This document shows positions 10,522-25,100 of a stretch of DNA of 64,000 nt, piece by piece. The notes below the pieces were generated by a model that was not told the origin of the DNA, made no database searches, and worked only from the letters and a program-made list of their open reading frames with translations. Position numbers and translations under genes: made by a program. Origin of the DNA: Auanema rhodensis (lineage: Eukaryota > Animalia > Nematoda); the NCBI GenBank assembly GCA_964057225.1, contig OZ059896.1:4650001-4714000 (forward strand). The letters are read 5' to 3'. The stretch's first letter is position 1. The number at the start of each line of letters is the position of its first letter.

Positions 10522-13500
10522 GTCGATCTGTGTTATCAGATTTGCGCTAGCTTAAAAATGCACCGAGATATCAACTGATATAAGTTCACACTTATATCCT
10601 CGATTTTCACCCTGAAGAATTAATTTTTTCGTTGAATAACATTGCCCATCGTTTTTGCCTTGAAAGAAGGAATCTAAAAACATCTACTTTTTGCTAAATT
10701 ATTTTGAAATTTTTCGAAAAAATTTTTGTCAAAATGTTTTTGGAAGCAATTTTGAGTGTACATGGAAACTCAACATACACTAATGCATCATTTTTCAAAC
10801 GATCATAACTAATTTTTGTATTAAGCTTTTCTTAATGTAGTATAGTGCATTCGATGCGGACTTTTAAGCTGCGTCGATCTGTGTTATCAGATTTGCGCTA
10901 GCTTAAAAATGCACCGAGATATCAACTGATATAAGTTCACACTTATATCCTCGATTTTCACCCTGAAGAATTAATTTTTTCGTTGAATAACATTGTCCAT
11001 CGTTTTTGCCTTAAAAGAAGGAATCTAAAAACATCTACTTTTTGCTAAATTATTTTGAAATTTTTCGAAAAAATTTTTGTCAAAATGTTTTTGGAAGCAA
11101 TTTTGAGTGTACATGGAAACTCAACATACACTAATGCATCATTTTTCGAACAATCATAACTAATTTTTGTATTAAGCTTTCCTCAATGTAATATAGTGCA
11201 TTCGATGCGGATTTTTAAGCTGCGTCGATCTGTGTTATCAGATTTGCGCTAGCTTAAAAATGCACCGAGATATCAACTGATATAAGTTCACACTTATATC
11301 CTCGATTTTCACCCTGAAGAATTAATTTTTTCGTTGAATAACATTGCCCATCGTTTTTGCCTTGAAAGAAGGAATCTAAAAACATCTACTTTTTGCTAAA
11401 TTATTTGGAAATTTTTCGAAAAAATTTTTGTCAAAATGTTTTTGGAAGCAATTTTGAGTGTACATGGAAACTCAACATACACTAATGCATCATTTTTCAA
11501 ACGATCATAACTAATTTTTGTATTAAGCTTTTCTTAATGTAGTATAGTGCATTCGATGCGGACTTTTGAGCTGCGTCGATCTGTGTTATCAGATTTGCGC
11601 TAGCTTAAAAATGCACCGAGATATCAACTGATATAAGTTCACACTTATATCCTCGATTTTCACCCTGAAGAATTAATTTTTTCGTTGAATAACATTGTCC
11701 ATCGTTTTTGCCTTGAAAGAAGGAATCTAAAAACATCTACTTTTTGCTAAATTATTCTGAAATTTTTCGAAAAAATTTTTGTCAAAATGTTTTTGGAAGC
11801 AATTTTGAGTGTACATGGAAACTCAACATACACTAATGCATCATTTTTCAAACAATCATAACTAATTTTTGTATTAAGCTTTCCTCAATGTAATATAGTG
11901 CATTCGATGCGGATTTTTAAGCTGCGTCGATCTGTGTTATCAGATTTGCGCTAGCTTAAAAATGCACCGAGATATCAACTGATATAAGTTCACACTTATA
12001 TCCTCGATTTTCACCCTGAAGAATTAATTTTTTCGTTGAATAACATTGTCCATCGTTTTTGCCTTGAAAAAAGGAATCTAAAAACATCTACTTTTTGCTA
12101 AATTATTTTGAAATTTTTCGAAAAAATTTTTGTCAAAATGTTTTTGGAAGCAATTTTGAGTGTACATGGAAACTCAACATACACTAATGCATCATTTTTC
12201 AAACGATCATAACTAATTTTTGTATTGAGCGTTTCTTAATGTATTATAGTGCATTCGATGCGGATTTTTAAGCTGCTTCGATCTGTGTTATCAGATTTGC
12301 GCTAGCTTAAAAATGCACCGAGATATCAACTGATATAAGTTCACACTTATATCCTCGACTTTCACCCTGAAGAATTAATTTTTTCGTTGAATAACATTGC
12401 CCATCGTTTTTGCCTTGAAAGAAGGAATCTAAAAACATCTACTTTTTGCTAAATTATTTTGAAATTTTTCGAAAAAATTTTTGTCAAAATGTTTTTGGAA
12501 GCAATTTTGAGTGTACATGGAAACTCAACATACACTAATGCATCATTTTTCAAACGATCATAACTAGTTTTTGTATTAAGCTTTTCTTAATGTAGTATAG
12601 TGCATTCGATGCGGACTTTTAAGCTGCGTCGATCTGTGTTATCAGATTTGCGCTAGCTTAAAAATGCACCGAGATATCAACTGATATAAGTTCACACTTA
12701 TATCCTCGATTTTCACCCTGAAGAATTAATTTTTTCGTTGAATAACATTGTCCATCGTTTTTGCCTTGAAAGAAGGAATCTAAAAACATCTACTTTTTGC
12801 TAAATTATTTTGAAATTTTTCGAAAAAATTTTTGTCAAAATGTTTTTGGAAGCAATTTTGAGTGTACATGGAAACTCAACATACACTAATGCATCATTTT
12901 TCAAACAATCATAACTAATTTTTGTATTAAGCTTTCCTCAATGTAATATAGTGCATTCGATGCGGATTTTTAAGCTGCGTCGATCTGTGTTATCAGATTT
13001 GCGCTAGCTTAAAAATGCACCGAGATATCAACTGATATAAGTTCACACTTATATCCTCGATTTTCACCCTGAAGAATTAATTTTTTCGTTGAATAACATT
13101 GCCCATCGTTTTTGCCTTGAAAGAAGGAATCTAAAAACATCTACTTTTTGCTAAATTATTTTGAAATTTTTCGAAAAAATTTTTGTCAAAATGTTTTTGG
13201 AAGCAATTTTGAGTGTACATGGAAACTCAACATACACTAATGCATCATTTTTCAAACGATCATAACTAATTTTTGTATTAAGCTTTTCTTAATGTAGTAT
13301 AGTGCATTCGATGCGGACTTTTAAGCTGCGTCGATCTGTGTTATCAGATTTGCGCTAGCTTAAAAATGCACCGAGATATCAACTGATATAAGTTCACACT
13401 TATATCCTCGATTTTCACCCTGAAGAATTAATTTTTTCGTTGAATAACATTGTCCATCGTTTTTGCCTTGAAAGAAGGAATCTAAAAACATCTACTTTTT

Positions 13501-15084
13501 GCTAAATTATTTTGAAATTTTTCGAAAAAATTTTTGTCAAAATGTTTTTGGAAGCAATTTTGAGTGTACATGGAAACTCAACATACACTAATGCATCATT
13601 TTTCAAACAATCATAACTAATTTTTGTATTAAGCTTTCCTCAATGTAATATAGTGCATTCGATGCGGATTTTTAAGCTGCTTCGATCTGTGTTATCAGAT
13701 TTGCGCTAGCTTAAAAATGCACCGAGATATCAACTGATATAAGTTCACACTTATATCCTCGATTTTCACCCTGAAGAATTAATTTTTTCGTTGAATAACA
13801 TTGCCCATCGTTTTTGCCTTGAAAGAAGGAATCTAAAAACATCTACTTTTTGCTAAATTATTTTGAAATTTTTCGAAAAAATTTTTGTCAAAATGTTTTT
13901 GGAAGCAATTTTGAGTGTACATGGAAACTCAACATACACTAATGCATCATTTTTCAAACGATCATAACTAATTTTTGTATTAAGCTTTTCTTAATGTAGT
14001 ATAGTGCATTCGATGCGGACTTTTAAGCTGCGTCGATCTGTGTTATCAGATTTGCGCTAGCTTAAAAATGCACCGAGATATCAACTGATATAAGTTCACA
14101 CTTATATCCTCGATTTTCACCCTGAAGAATTAATTTTTTCGTTGAATAACATTGTCCATCGTTTTTGCCTTGAAAGAAGGAATCTAAAAACATCTACTTT
14201 TTGCTAAATTATTTTGAAATTTTTCGAAAAAATTTTTGTCAAAATGTTTTTGGAAGCAACTTTGAGTGTACATGGAAACTCAACATACACTAATGCATCA
14301 TTTTTCAAACAATCATAACTAATTTTTGTATTAAGCTTTCCTCAATGTAATATAGTGCATTCGATGCGGATTTTTAAGCTGCGTCGATCTGTGTTATCAG
14401 ATTTGCGCTAGCTTAAAAATGCACCGAGATATCAACTGATATAAGTTCACACTTATATCCTCGATTTTCACCCTGAAGAATTAATTTTTTCGTTGAATAA
14501 CATTGCCCATCGTTTTTGCCTTGAAAGAAGGAATCTAAAAACATCTACTTTTTGCTAAATTATTTTGAAATTTTTCGAAAAAATTTTTGTCAAAATGTTT
14601 TTGGAAGCAATTTTGAGTGTACATGGAAACTCAACATACACTAATGCATCATTTTTCAAACGATCATAACTAATTTTTGTATTAAGCTTTTCTTAATGTA
14701 GTATAGTGCATTCGATGCGGACTTTTAAGCTGCGTCGATCTGTGTTATCAGATTTGCGCTAGCTTAAAAATGCACCGAGATATCAACTGATATAAGTTCA
14801 CACTTATATCCTCGATTTTCACCCTGAAGAATTAATTTTTTCGTTGAATAACATTGTCCATCGTTTTTGCCTTGAAAGAAGGAATCTAAAAACATCTACT
14901 TTTTGCTAAATTATTTTGAAATTTTTCGAAAAAATTTTTGTCAAAATGTTTTTGGAAGCAATTTTGAGTGTACATGGAAACTCAACATACACTAATGCAT
15001 CATTTTTCAAACAATCATAACTAATTTTTGTATTAAGCTTTTCTTAATGTAGTATAGTGCATTCGATGCGGACTTTTAAGCTGC
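10522..15084. repeat. Dimer higher-order repeat (702 bp), 2 + 4 copies separated by one other monomer at 11926
   Basis: ATTGCCC/CTTAATGTAG/GGAC monomers (10522, 11224, 12277, 12979, 13681, 14383) alternate with AACAATC monomers (10873, 11575, 12628, 13330, 14032, 14734). Confidence 0.88.
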
Positions 15085-17892
15085 GTCGATCTGTGTTATC
15101 AGATTTGCGCTAGCTTAAAAATGCACCGAGATATCAACTGATATAAGTTCACACTTATATCCTCGATTTTCACCCTGAAGAATTAATTTTTTCGTTGAAT
15201 AACATTGTCCATCGTTTTTGCCTTGAAAGAAGGAATCTAAAAACATCTACTTTTTGCTAAATTATTTTGAAATTTTTCGAAAAAATTTTTGTCAAAATGT
15301 TTTTGGAAGCAATGTTGAGTGTACATGGAAACTCAACATACACTAATGCATCATTTTTCAAACGATCATAACTAATTTTTGTATTAAGCTTTTCTCAATG
15401 TAATATAGTGCATTCGATGCGGTTTTTTAAGCTGCGTCGATCTGTGTTATCAGATTTGCGCTAGCTTAAAAATGCACCGAGATATCAACTGATATAAGTT
15501 CACACTTATATCCTCGATTTTCACCCTGAAGAATTAATTTTTTCGTTGAATAACATTGTCCATCGTTTTTGCCTTGAAAAAAGGAATCTAAAAACATCTA
15601 CTTTTTGCTAAATTATTTTGAAATTTTTCGAAAAAATTTTTGTCAAAATGTTTTTGGAAGCAATTTTGAGTGTACATGGAAACTCAACATACACTAATGC
15701 ATCATTTTTCAAACGATCATAACTAATTTTTGTATTGAGCGTTTCTTAATGTATTATAGTGCATTCGATGCGGATTTTTAAGCTGCTTCGATCTGTGTTA
15801 TCAGATTTGCGCTAGCTTAAAAATGCACCGAGATATCAACTGATATAAGTTCACACTTATATCCTCGATTTTCACCCTGAAGAATTAATTTTTTCGTTGA
15901 ATAACATTGTCCATCGTTTTTGCCTTGAAAGAAGGAATCTAAAAACATCTACTTTTTGCTAAATTATTTTGAAATTTTTCGAAAAAATTTTTGTCAAAAT
16001 GTTTTTGGAAGCAATTTTGAGTGTACATGGAAACTCAACATACACTAATGCATCATTTTTCAAACGATCATAACTAATTTTTGTATTAAGCTTTTCTTAA
16101 TGTAGTATAATGCATTCGATGCGGACTTTTAAGCTGCGTCGATCTGTGTTATCAGATTTGCGCTAGCTTAAAAATGCACCGAGATATCAACTGATATAAG
16201 TTCACACTTATATCCTCGATTTTCACCCTGAAGAATTAATTTTTTCGTTGAATAACATTGTCCATCGTTTTTGCCTTGAAAGAAGGAATCTAAAAACATC
16301 TACTTTTTGCTAAATTATTTTGAAATTTTTCGAAAAAATTTTTGTCAAAATGTTTTTGGAAGCAATTTTGAGTGTACATGGAAACTCAACATACACTAAT
16401 GCATCATTTTTCAAACAATCATAACTAATTTTTGTATTAAGCTTTGCTCAATGTAATATAGTGCATTCGATGCGGATTTTTAAGCTGCGTCGATCTGTGT
16501 TATCAGATTTGCGCTAGCTTAAAAATGCACCGAGATATCAACTGATATAAGTTCACACTTATATCCTCGATTTTCACCCTGAAGAATTAATTTTTTCGTT
16601 GAATAACATTGCCCATCGTTTTTGCCTTGAAAGAAGGAATCTAAAAACATCTACTTTTTGCTAAATTATTTTGAAATTTTTCGAAAAAATTTTTGTCAAA
16701 ATGTTTTTGGAAGCAATTTTGAGTGTACATGGAAACTCAACATACACTAATGCATCATTTTTCAAACGATCATAACTAATTTTTGTATTAAGCTTTTCTT
16801 AATGTAGTATAGTGCATTCGATGCGGACTTTTAAGCTGCGTCGATCTGTGTTATCAGATTTGCGCTAGCTTAAAAATGCACCGAGATATCAACTGATATA
16901 AGTTCACACTTATATCCTCGATTTTCACCCTGAAGAATTAATTTTTTCGTTGAATAACATTGTCCATCGTTTTTGCCTTGAAAGAAGGAATCTAAAAACA
17001 TCTACTTTTTGCTAAATTATTTTGAAATTTTTCGAAAAAATTTTTGTCAAAATGTTTTTGGAAGCAATTTTGAGTGTACATGGAAACTCAACATACACTA
17101 ATGCATCATTTTTCAAACAATCATAACTAATTTTTGTATTAAGCTTTCCTCAATGTAATATAGTGCATTCGATGCGGATTTTTAAGCTGCGTCGATCTGT
17201 GTTATCAGATTTGCGCTAGCTTAAAAATGCACCGAGATATCAACTGATATAAGTTCACACTTATATCCTCGATTTTCACCCTGAAGAATTAATTTTTTCG
17301 TTGAATAACATTGTCCATCGTTTTTGCCTTGAAAAAAGGAATCTAAAAACATCTACTTTTTGCTAAATTATTTTGAAATTTTTCGAAAAAATTTTTGTCA
17401 AAATGTTTTTGGAAGCAATTTTGAGTGTACATGGAAACTCAACATACACTAATGCATCATTTTTCAAACGATCATAACTAATTTTTGTATTGAGCGTTTC
17501 TTAATGTATTATAGTGCATTCGATGCGGATTTTTAAGCTGCTTCGATCTGTGTTATCAGATTTGCGCTAGCTTAAAAATGCACCGAGATATCAACTGATA
17601 TAAGTTCACACTTATATCCTCGATTTTCACCCTGAAGAATTAATTTTTTCGTTGAATAACATTGCCCATCGTTTTTGCCTTGAAAGAAGGAATCTAAAAA
17701 CATCTACTTTTTGCTAAATTATTTTGAAATTTTTCGAAAAAATTTTTGTCAAAATGTTTTTGGAAGCAATTTTGAGTGTACATGGAAACTCAACATACAC
17801 TAATGCATCATTTTTCAAACGATCATAACTAATTTTTGTATTAAGCTTTTCTTAATGTAGTATAGTGCATTCGATGCGGACTTTTAAGCTGC

Positions 17893-20800
17893 GTCGATCT
17901 GTGTTATCAGATTTGCGCTAGCTTAAAAATGCACCGAGATATCAACTGATATAAGTTCACACTTATATCCTCGATTTTCACCCTGAAGAATTAATTTTTT
18001 CGTTGAATAACATTGTCCATCGTTTTTGCCTTGAAAGAAGGAATCTAAAAACATCTACTTTTTGCTAAATTATTTTGAAATTTTTCGAAAAAATTTTTGT
18101 CAAAATGTTTTTGGAAGCAATTTTGAGTGTACATGGAAACTCAACATACACTAATGCATCATTTTTCAAACGATCATAACTAATTTTTGTATTAAGCTTT
18201 TCTTAATGTAGTATAGTGCATTCGATGCGGACTTTTAAGCTGCGTCGATCTGTGTTATCAGATTTGCGCTAGCTTAAAAATGCACCGAGATATCAACTGA
18301 TATAAGTTCACACTTATATCCTCGATTTTCACCCTGAAGAATTAATTTTTTCGTTGAATAACATTGTCCATCGTTTTTGCCTTGAAAGAAGGAATCTAAA
18401 AACATCTACTTTTTGCTAAATTATTTTGAAATTTTTCGAAAAAATTTTTGTCAAAATGTTTTTGGAAGCAATTTTGAGTGTACATGGAAACTCAACATAC
18501 ACTAATGCATCATTTTTCAAACAATCATAACTAATTTTTGTATTAAGCTTTCCTCAATGTAATATAGTGCATTCGATGCGGATTTTTAAGCTGCGTCGAT
18601 CTGTGTTATCAGATTTGCGCTAGCTTAAAAATGCACCGAGATATCAACTGATATAAGTTCACACTTATATCCTCGATTTTCACCCTGAAGAATTAATTTT
18701 TTCGTTGAATAACATTGCCCATCGTTTTTGCCTTGAAAGAAGGAATCTAAAAACATCTACTTTTTGCTAAATTATTTTGAAATTTTTCGAAAAAATTTTT
18801 GTCAAAATGTTTTTGGAAGCAATTTTGAGTGTACATGGAAACTCAACATACACTAATGCATCATTTTTCAAACGATCATAACTAATTTTTGTATTGAGCG
18901 TTTCTTAATGTATTATAGTGCATTCGATGCGGACTTTTAAGCTGCGTCGATCTATGTTATCAGATTTGCGCTAGCTTAAAAATGCACCGAGATATTAACT
19001 GATATAAGTTCACACTTATATCCTCGATTTTCACCCTGAAGAATTAATTTTTTCGTTGAATAACATTGTCCATCGTTTTTGCCTCAAAAAAAGGAATCTA
19101 AAAACATCTACTTTTTGCGAAATTATTCTGAAATTTTTCGAAAAAATTTTGTCAAAATGTTTTTGGAAGCAATGTTGAGTGTACATGGAAACTCAACATA
19201 CACTAATGCATCATTTTTCAAACGATCATAACTAATTTTTGTGATGAGCGTTTCTCCATGTAGTATAATGCATTCGATGCGGATTTTTAAGCTGCGTCGA
19301 TCTGTGTTATCAGATTTGCGCTAGCTTAAAAATGCACCGAGATATCAACTGATATAAGTTCACTCTTATATCCTCGATTTTCACCCTGAAGAATTAATTT
19401 TTTCGTTGAATAACATTGCCCATCGTTTTTGCCTTGAAAGAAGGAATCTAAAAACATCTACTTTTTGCTAAATTATTTTGAAATTTTTCGAAAAAATTTT
19501 TGTCAAAATGTTTTTGGAAGCAATGTTGAGTGTACATGGAAACTCAACATACACTAATGCATCATTTTTCAAACGATCTAAACTAATTTTTGTATTAAGC
19601 TTTTCTCAATGTAATATAGTGCATTCGATGCGGTTTTTTAAGCTGCGTCGATCTGTGTTATCAGATTTGCGCTAGCTTAAAAATGCACCGAGATATTAAC
19701 TGATATAAGTTCACACTTATATCCTCGATTTTCACCCTGAAGAATTAATTTTTTCGTTGAATAACATTGTCCATCGTTTTTGCCTTAAAAAACGGAATCT
19801 AAAAACATCTACTTTTTGCGAAATTATTTTGAAATTTTTCGAAAAAATTTTGTCAAAATGTTTTTGGAAGCAATGTTGAGTGTACATGGAAACTCAACAT
19901 ACACTAATGCATCATTTTTCAAACGATCATAACTAATTTTTGTGATGAGCGTTTCTCCATGTAGTATAATGCATTCGATGCGGATTTTTAAGCTGCGTCG
20001 ATCTGTGTTATCAGATTTGCGCTAGCTTAAAAATGCACCGAGATATCAACTGATATAAGTTCACACTTATATCCTCGATTTTCACCCTGAAGAATTAATT
20101 TTTTCGTTGAATAACATTGTCCATCGTTTTTGCCTTGAAAGAAGGAATCTAAAAACATCTACTTTTTGCTAAATTATTTTGAAATTTTTCGAAAAAATTT
20201 TTGTCAAAATGTTTTTGGAAGCAATTTTGAGTGTACATGGAAACTCAACATACACTAATGCATCATTTTTCAAACGATCATAACTAATTTTTGTATTAAG
20301 CTTTTCTTAATGTAGTATAGTGCATTCGATGCGGACTTTTAAGCTGCGTCGATCTGTGTTATCAGATTTGCGCTAGCTTAAAAATGCACCGAGATATCAA
20401 CTGATATAAGTTCACACTTATATCCTCGATTTTCACCCTGAAGAATTAATTTTTTCGTTGAATAACATTGTCCATCGTTTTTGCCTTGAAAGAAAAAATC
20501 TAAAAACATCTACTTTTTGCTAAATTATTTTGAAATTTTTCGAAAAAATTTTTGTCAAAATGTTTTTGGAAGCAATTTTGAGTGTACATGGAAACTCAAC
20601 ATACACTAATGCATCATTTTTCAAACAATCATAACTAATTTTTGTATTAAGCTTTCCTCAATGTAATATAGTGCATTCGATGCGGATTTTTAAGCTGCGT
20701 CGATCTGTGTTATCAGATTTGCGCTAGCTTAAAAATGCACCGAGATATCAACTGATATAAGTTCACACTTATATCCTCGATTTTCACCCTGAAGAATTAA

Positions 20801-22100
20801 TTTTTTCGTTGAATAACATTGCCCATCGTTTTTGCCTTGAAAGAAGGAATCTAAAAACATCTACTTTTTGCTAAATTATTTTGAAATTTTTCGAAAAAAT
20901 TTTTGTCAAAATGTTTTTGGAAGCAATTTTGAGTGTACATGGAAACTCAACATACACTAATGCATCATTTTTCAAACGATCATAACTAATTTTTGTATTG
21001 AGCGTTTCTTAATGTATTATAGTGCATTCGATGCGGACTTTTAAGCTGCGTCGATCTATGTTATCAGATTTGCGCTAGCTTAAAAATGCACCGAGATATT
21101 AACTGATATAAGTTCACACTTATATCCTCGATTTTCACCCTGAAGAATTAATTTTTTCGTTGAATAACATTGTCCATCGTTTTTGCCTCAAAAAAAGGAA
21201 TCTAAAAACATCTACTTTTTGCGAAATTATTCTGAAATTTTTCGAAAAAATTTTGTCAAAATGTTTTTGGAAGCAATGTTGAGTGTACATGGAAACTCAA
21301 CATACACTAATGCATCATTTTTCAAACGATCATAACTTATTTTTGTGATGAGCGTTTCTCCATGTAGTATAATGCATTCGATGCGGATTTTTAAGCTGCG
21401 TCGATCTGTGTTATCAGATTTGCGCTAGCTTAAAAATGCACCGAGATATCAACTGATATAAGTTCACTCTTATATCCTCGATTTTCACCCTGAAGAACTA
21501 ATTTTTTCGTTGAATAACATTGTCCATCGTTTTTGCCTTGAAAGAAGGAATCTAAAAACATCTACTTTTTGCTAAATTATTTTGAAATTTTTCGAAAAAA
21601 TTTTTGTCAAAATGTTTTTGGAAGCAATGTTGAGTGTACATGGAAACTCAACATACACTAATGCATCATTTTTCAAACGATCTAAACTAATTTTTGTATT
21701 AAGCTTTTCTCAATGTAATATAGTGCATTCGATGCGGTTTTTTAAGCTGCGTCGATCTGTGTTATCAGATTTGCGCTAGCTTAAAAATGCACCGAGATAT
21801 TAACTGATATAAGTTCACACTTATATCCTCGATTTTCACCCTGAAGAATTAATTTTTTCGTTGAATAACATTGTCCATCGTTTTTGCCTTAAAAAACGGA
21901 ATCTAAAAACATCTACTTTTTGCGAAATTATTTTGAAATTTTTCGAAAAAATTTTGTCAAAATGTTTTTGGAAGCAATGTTGAGTGTACATGGAAACTCA
22001 ACATACACTAATGCATCATTTTTCAAACGATCATAACTAATTTTTGTGATGAGCGTTTCTCCATGTAGTATAATGCATTCGATGCGGATTTTTAAGCTGC
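17893..22100. repeat. 6-mer tandem duplication (2104 bp x 2)
   Basis: Private variants GATCTAAACT (19579, 21683) and TTAAAAAACGG (19793, 21897) are each 2104 apart. The two + strand ORFs (19478, 21582) have the same offset. Confidence 0.93.
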
Positions 22101-25100
22101 GTCGATCTGTGTTATCAGATTTGCGCTAGCTTAAAAATGCACCGAGATATCAACTGATATAAGTTCACACTTATATCCTCGATTTTCACCCTGAAGAATT
22201 AATTTTTTCGTTGAATAACATTGTCCATCGTTTTTGCCTTGAAAGAAGGAATCTAAAAACATCTACTTTTTGCTAAATTATTTTGAAATTTTTCGAAAAA
22301 ATTTTTGTCAAAATGTTTTTGGAAGCAATTTTGAGTGTACATGGAAACTCAACATACACTAATGCATCATTTTTCAAACGATCATAACTAATTTTTGTAT
22401 TAAGCTTTTCTCAATGTAATATAGTGCATTCGATGCGGTTTTTTAAGCTGCGTCGATCTGTGTTATCAGATTTGCGCTAGCTTAAAAATGCACCGAGATA
22501 TTAACTGATATAAGTTCACACTTATATCCTCGATTTTCACCCTGAAGAATTAATTTTTTCGTTGAATAACATTGTCCATCGTTTTTGCCTCAAAAAAAGG
22601 AATCTAAAAACATCTACTTTTTGCGAAATTATTTTGAAATTTTTCGAAAAAATTTTGTCAAAATGTTTTTGGAAGCAATGTTGAGTGTACATGGAAACTC
22701 AACATACACTAATGCATCATTTTTCAAACGATCATAACTAATTTTTGTGATGAGCGTTTCTCCATGTAGTATAATGCATTCGATGCGGATTTTTAAGCTG
22801 CGTCGATCTGTGTTATCAGATTTGCGCTAGCTTAAAAATGCACCGAGATATCAACTGATATAAGTTCACACTTATATCCTCGATTTTCACCCTGAAGAAT
22901 TAATTTTTTCGTTGAATAACATTGCCCATCGTTTTTGCCTTGAAAGAAGGAATCTAAAAACATCTACTTTTTGCTAAATTATTTTGAAATTTTTCGAAAA
23001 AATTTTTGTCAAAATGTTTTTGGAAGCAATTTTGAGTGTACATGGAAACTCAACATACACTAATGCATCATTTTTCAAACGATCATAACTAATTTTTGTA
23101 TTAAGTTTTTCTTAATGTAGTATAGTGCATTCGATGCGGACTTTTAAGCTGCGTCGATCTGTGTTATCAGATTTGCGCTAGCTTAAAAATGCACCGAGAT
23201 ATCAACTGATATAAGTTCACACTTATATCCTCGATTTTCACCCTGAAGAATTAATTTTTTCGTTGAATAACATTGTCCATCGTTTTTGCCTTGAAAGAAG
23301 GAATCTAAAAACATCTACTTTTTGCTAAATTATTTTGAAATTTTTCGAAAAAATTTTTGTCAAAATGTTTTTGGAAGCAATTTTGAGTGTACATGGAAAC
23401 TCAACATACACTAATGCATCATTTTTCAAACAATCATAACTAATTTTTGTATTAAGTTTTTCTTAATGTAGTATAGTGCATTCGATGCGGACTTTTAAGC
23501 TGCGTCGATCTGTGTTATCAGATTTGCGCTAGCTTAAAAATGCACCGAGATATCAACTGATATAAGTTCACACTTATATCCTCGATTTTCACCCTGAAGA
23601 ATTAATTTTTTCGTTGAATAACATTGTCCATCGTTTTTGCCTTGAAAGAAGGAATCTAAAAACATCTACTTTTTGCTAAATTATTTTGAAATTTTTCGAA
23701 AAAATTTTTGTCAAAATGTTTTTGGAAGCAATTTTGAGTGTACATGGAAACTCAACATACACTAATGCATCATTTTTCAAACAATCATAACTAATTTTTG
23801 TATTAAGCTTTTCTTAATGTAATATAGTGCATTCGATGCGGATTTTTAAGCTGCGTCGATCTGTGTTATCAGATTTGCGCTAGCTTAAAAATGCACCGAG
23901 ATATCAACTGATATAAGTTCACACTTATATCCTCGATTTTCTCCCTGAAGAATTAATTTTTTCGTTGAATAACATTGTCCATCGTTTTTGCCTCAAAAAA
24001 AGGAATCTAAAAACATCTACTTTTTGCGAAATTATTTTGAAATTTTTCGAAAAAATTTTGTCAAAATGTTTTTGGAAGCAATGTTGAGTGTACATGGAAA
24101 CTCAACATACACTAATGCATCATTTTTCAAACGATCATAACTAATTTTTGTGATGAGCGTTTCTCCATGTAGTATAATGCATTCGATGCGGATTTTTAAG
24201 CTGCGTCGATCTGTGTTATCAGATTTGCGCTAGCTTAAAAATGCACCGAGATATCAACTGATATAAGTTCACACTTATATCCTCGATTTTCACCCTGAAG
24301 AATTAATTTTTTCGTTGAATAACATTGCCCATCGTTTTTGCCTTGAAAGAAGGAATCTAAAAACATCTACTTTTTGCTAAATTATTTTGAAATTTTTCGA
24401 AAAAATTTTTGTCAAAATGTTTTTGGAAGCAATGTTGAGTGTACATGGAAACTCAACATACACTAATGCATCATTTTTCAAACGATCATAACTAATTTTT
24501 GTATTAAGCTTTTCTCAATGTAATATAGTGCATTCGATGCGGTTTTTTAAGCTGCGTCGATCTGTGTTATCAGATTTGCGCTAGCTTAAAAATGCACCGA
24601 GATATTAACTGATATAAGTTCACACTTATATCCTCGATTTTCACCCTGAAGAATTAATTTTTTCGTTGAATAACATTGTCCATCGTTTTTGCCTCAAAAA
24701 AAGGAATCTAAAAACATCTACTTTTTGCGAAATTATTTTGAAATTTTTCGAAAAAATTTTGTCAAAATGTTTTTGGAAGCAATGTTGAGTGTACATGGAA
24801 ACTCAACATACACTAATGCATCATTTTTCAAACGATCATAACTAATTTTTGTGATGAGCGTTTCTCCATGTAGTATAATGCATTCGATGCGGATTTTTAA
24901 GCTGCGTCGATCTGTGTTATCAGATTTGCGCTAGCTTAAAAATGCACCGAGATATCAACTGATATAAGTTCACACTTATATCCTCGATTTTCACCCTGAA
25001 GAATTAATTTTTTCGTTGAATAACATTGCCCATCGTTTTTGCCTTGAAAGAAGGAATCTAAAAACATCTACTTTTTGCTAAATTATTTTGAAATTTTTCG

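Noticed and set aside
19478-21779. Two 65-aa + strand ORFs (19478-19675, 21582-21779)
   Set aside because: They start at TTG, not ATG, and are open only because a private CATAAC>CTAAAC change removes a stop. Their identity reflects the 2104-bp duplication. There is no recognisable domain, and the F/K-rich composition mirrors the A/T tracts.
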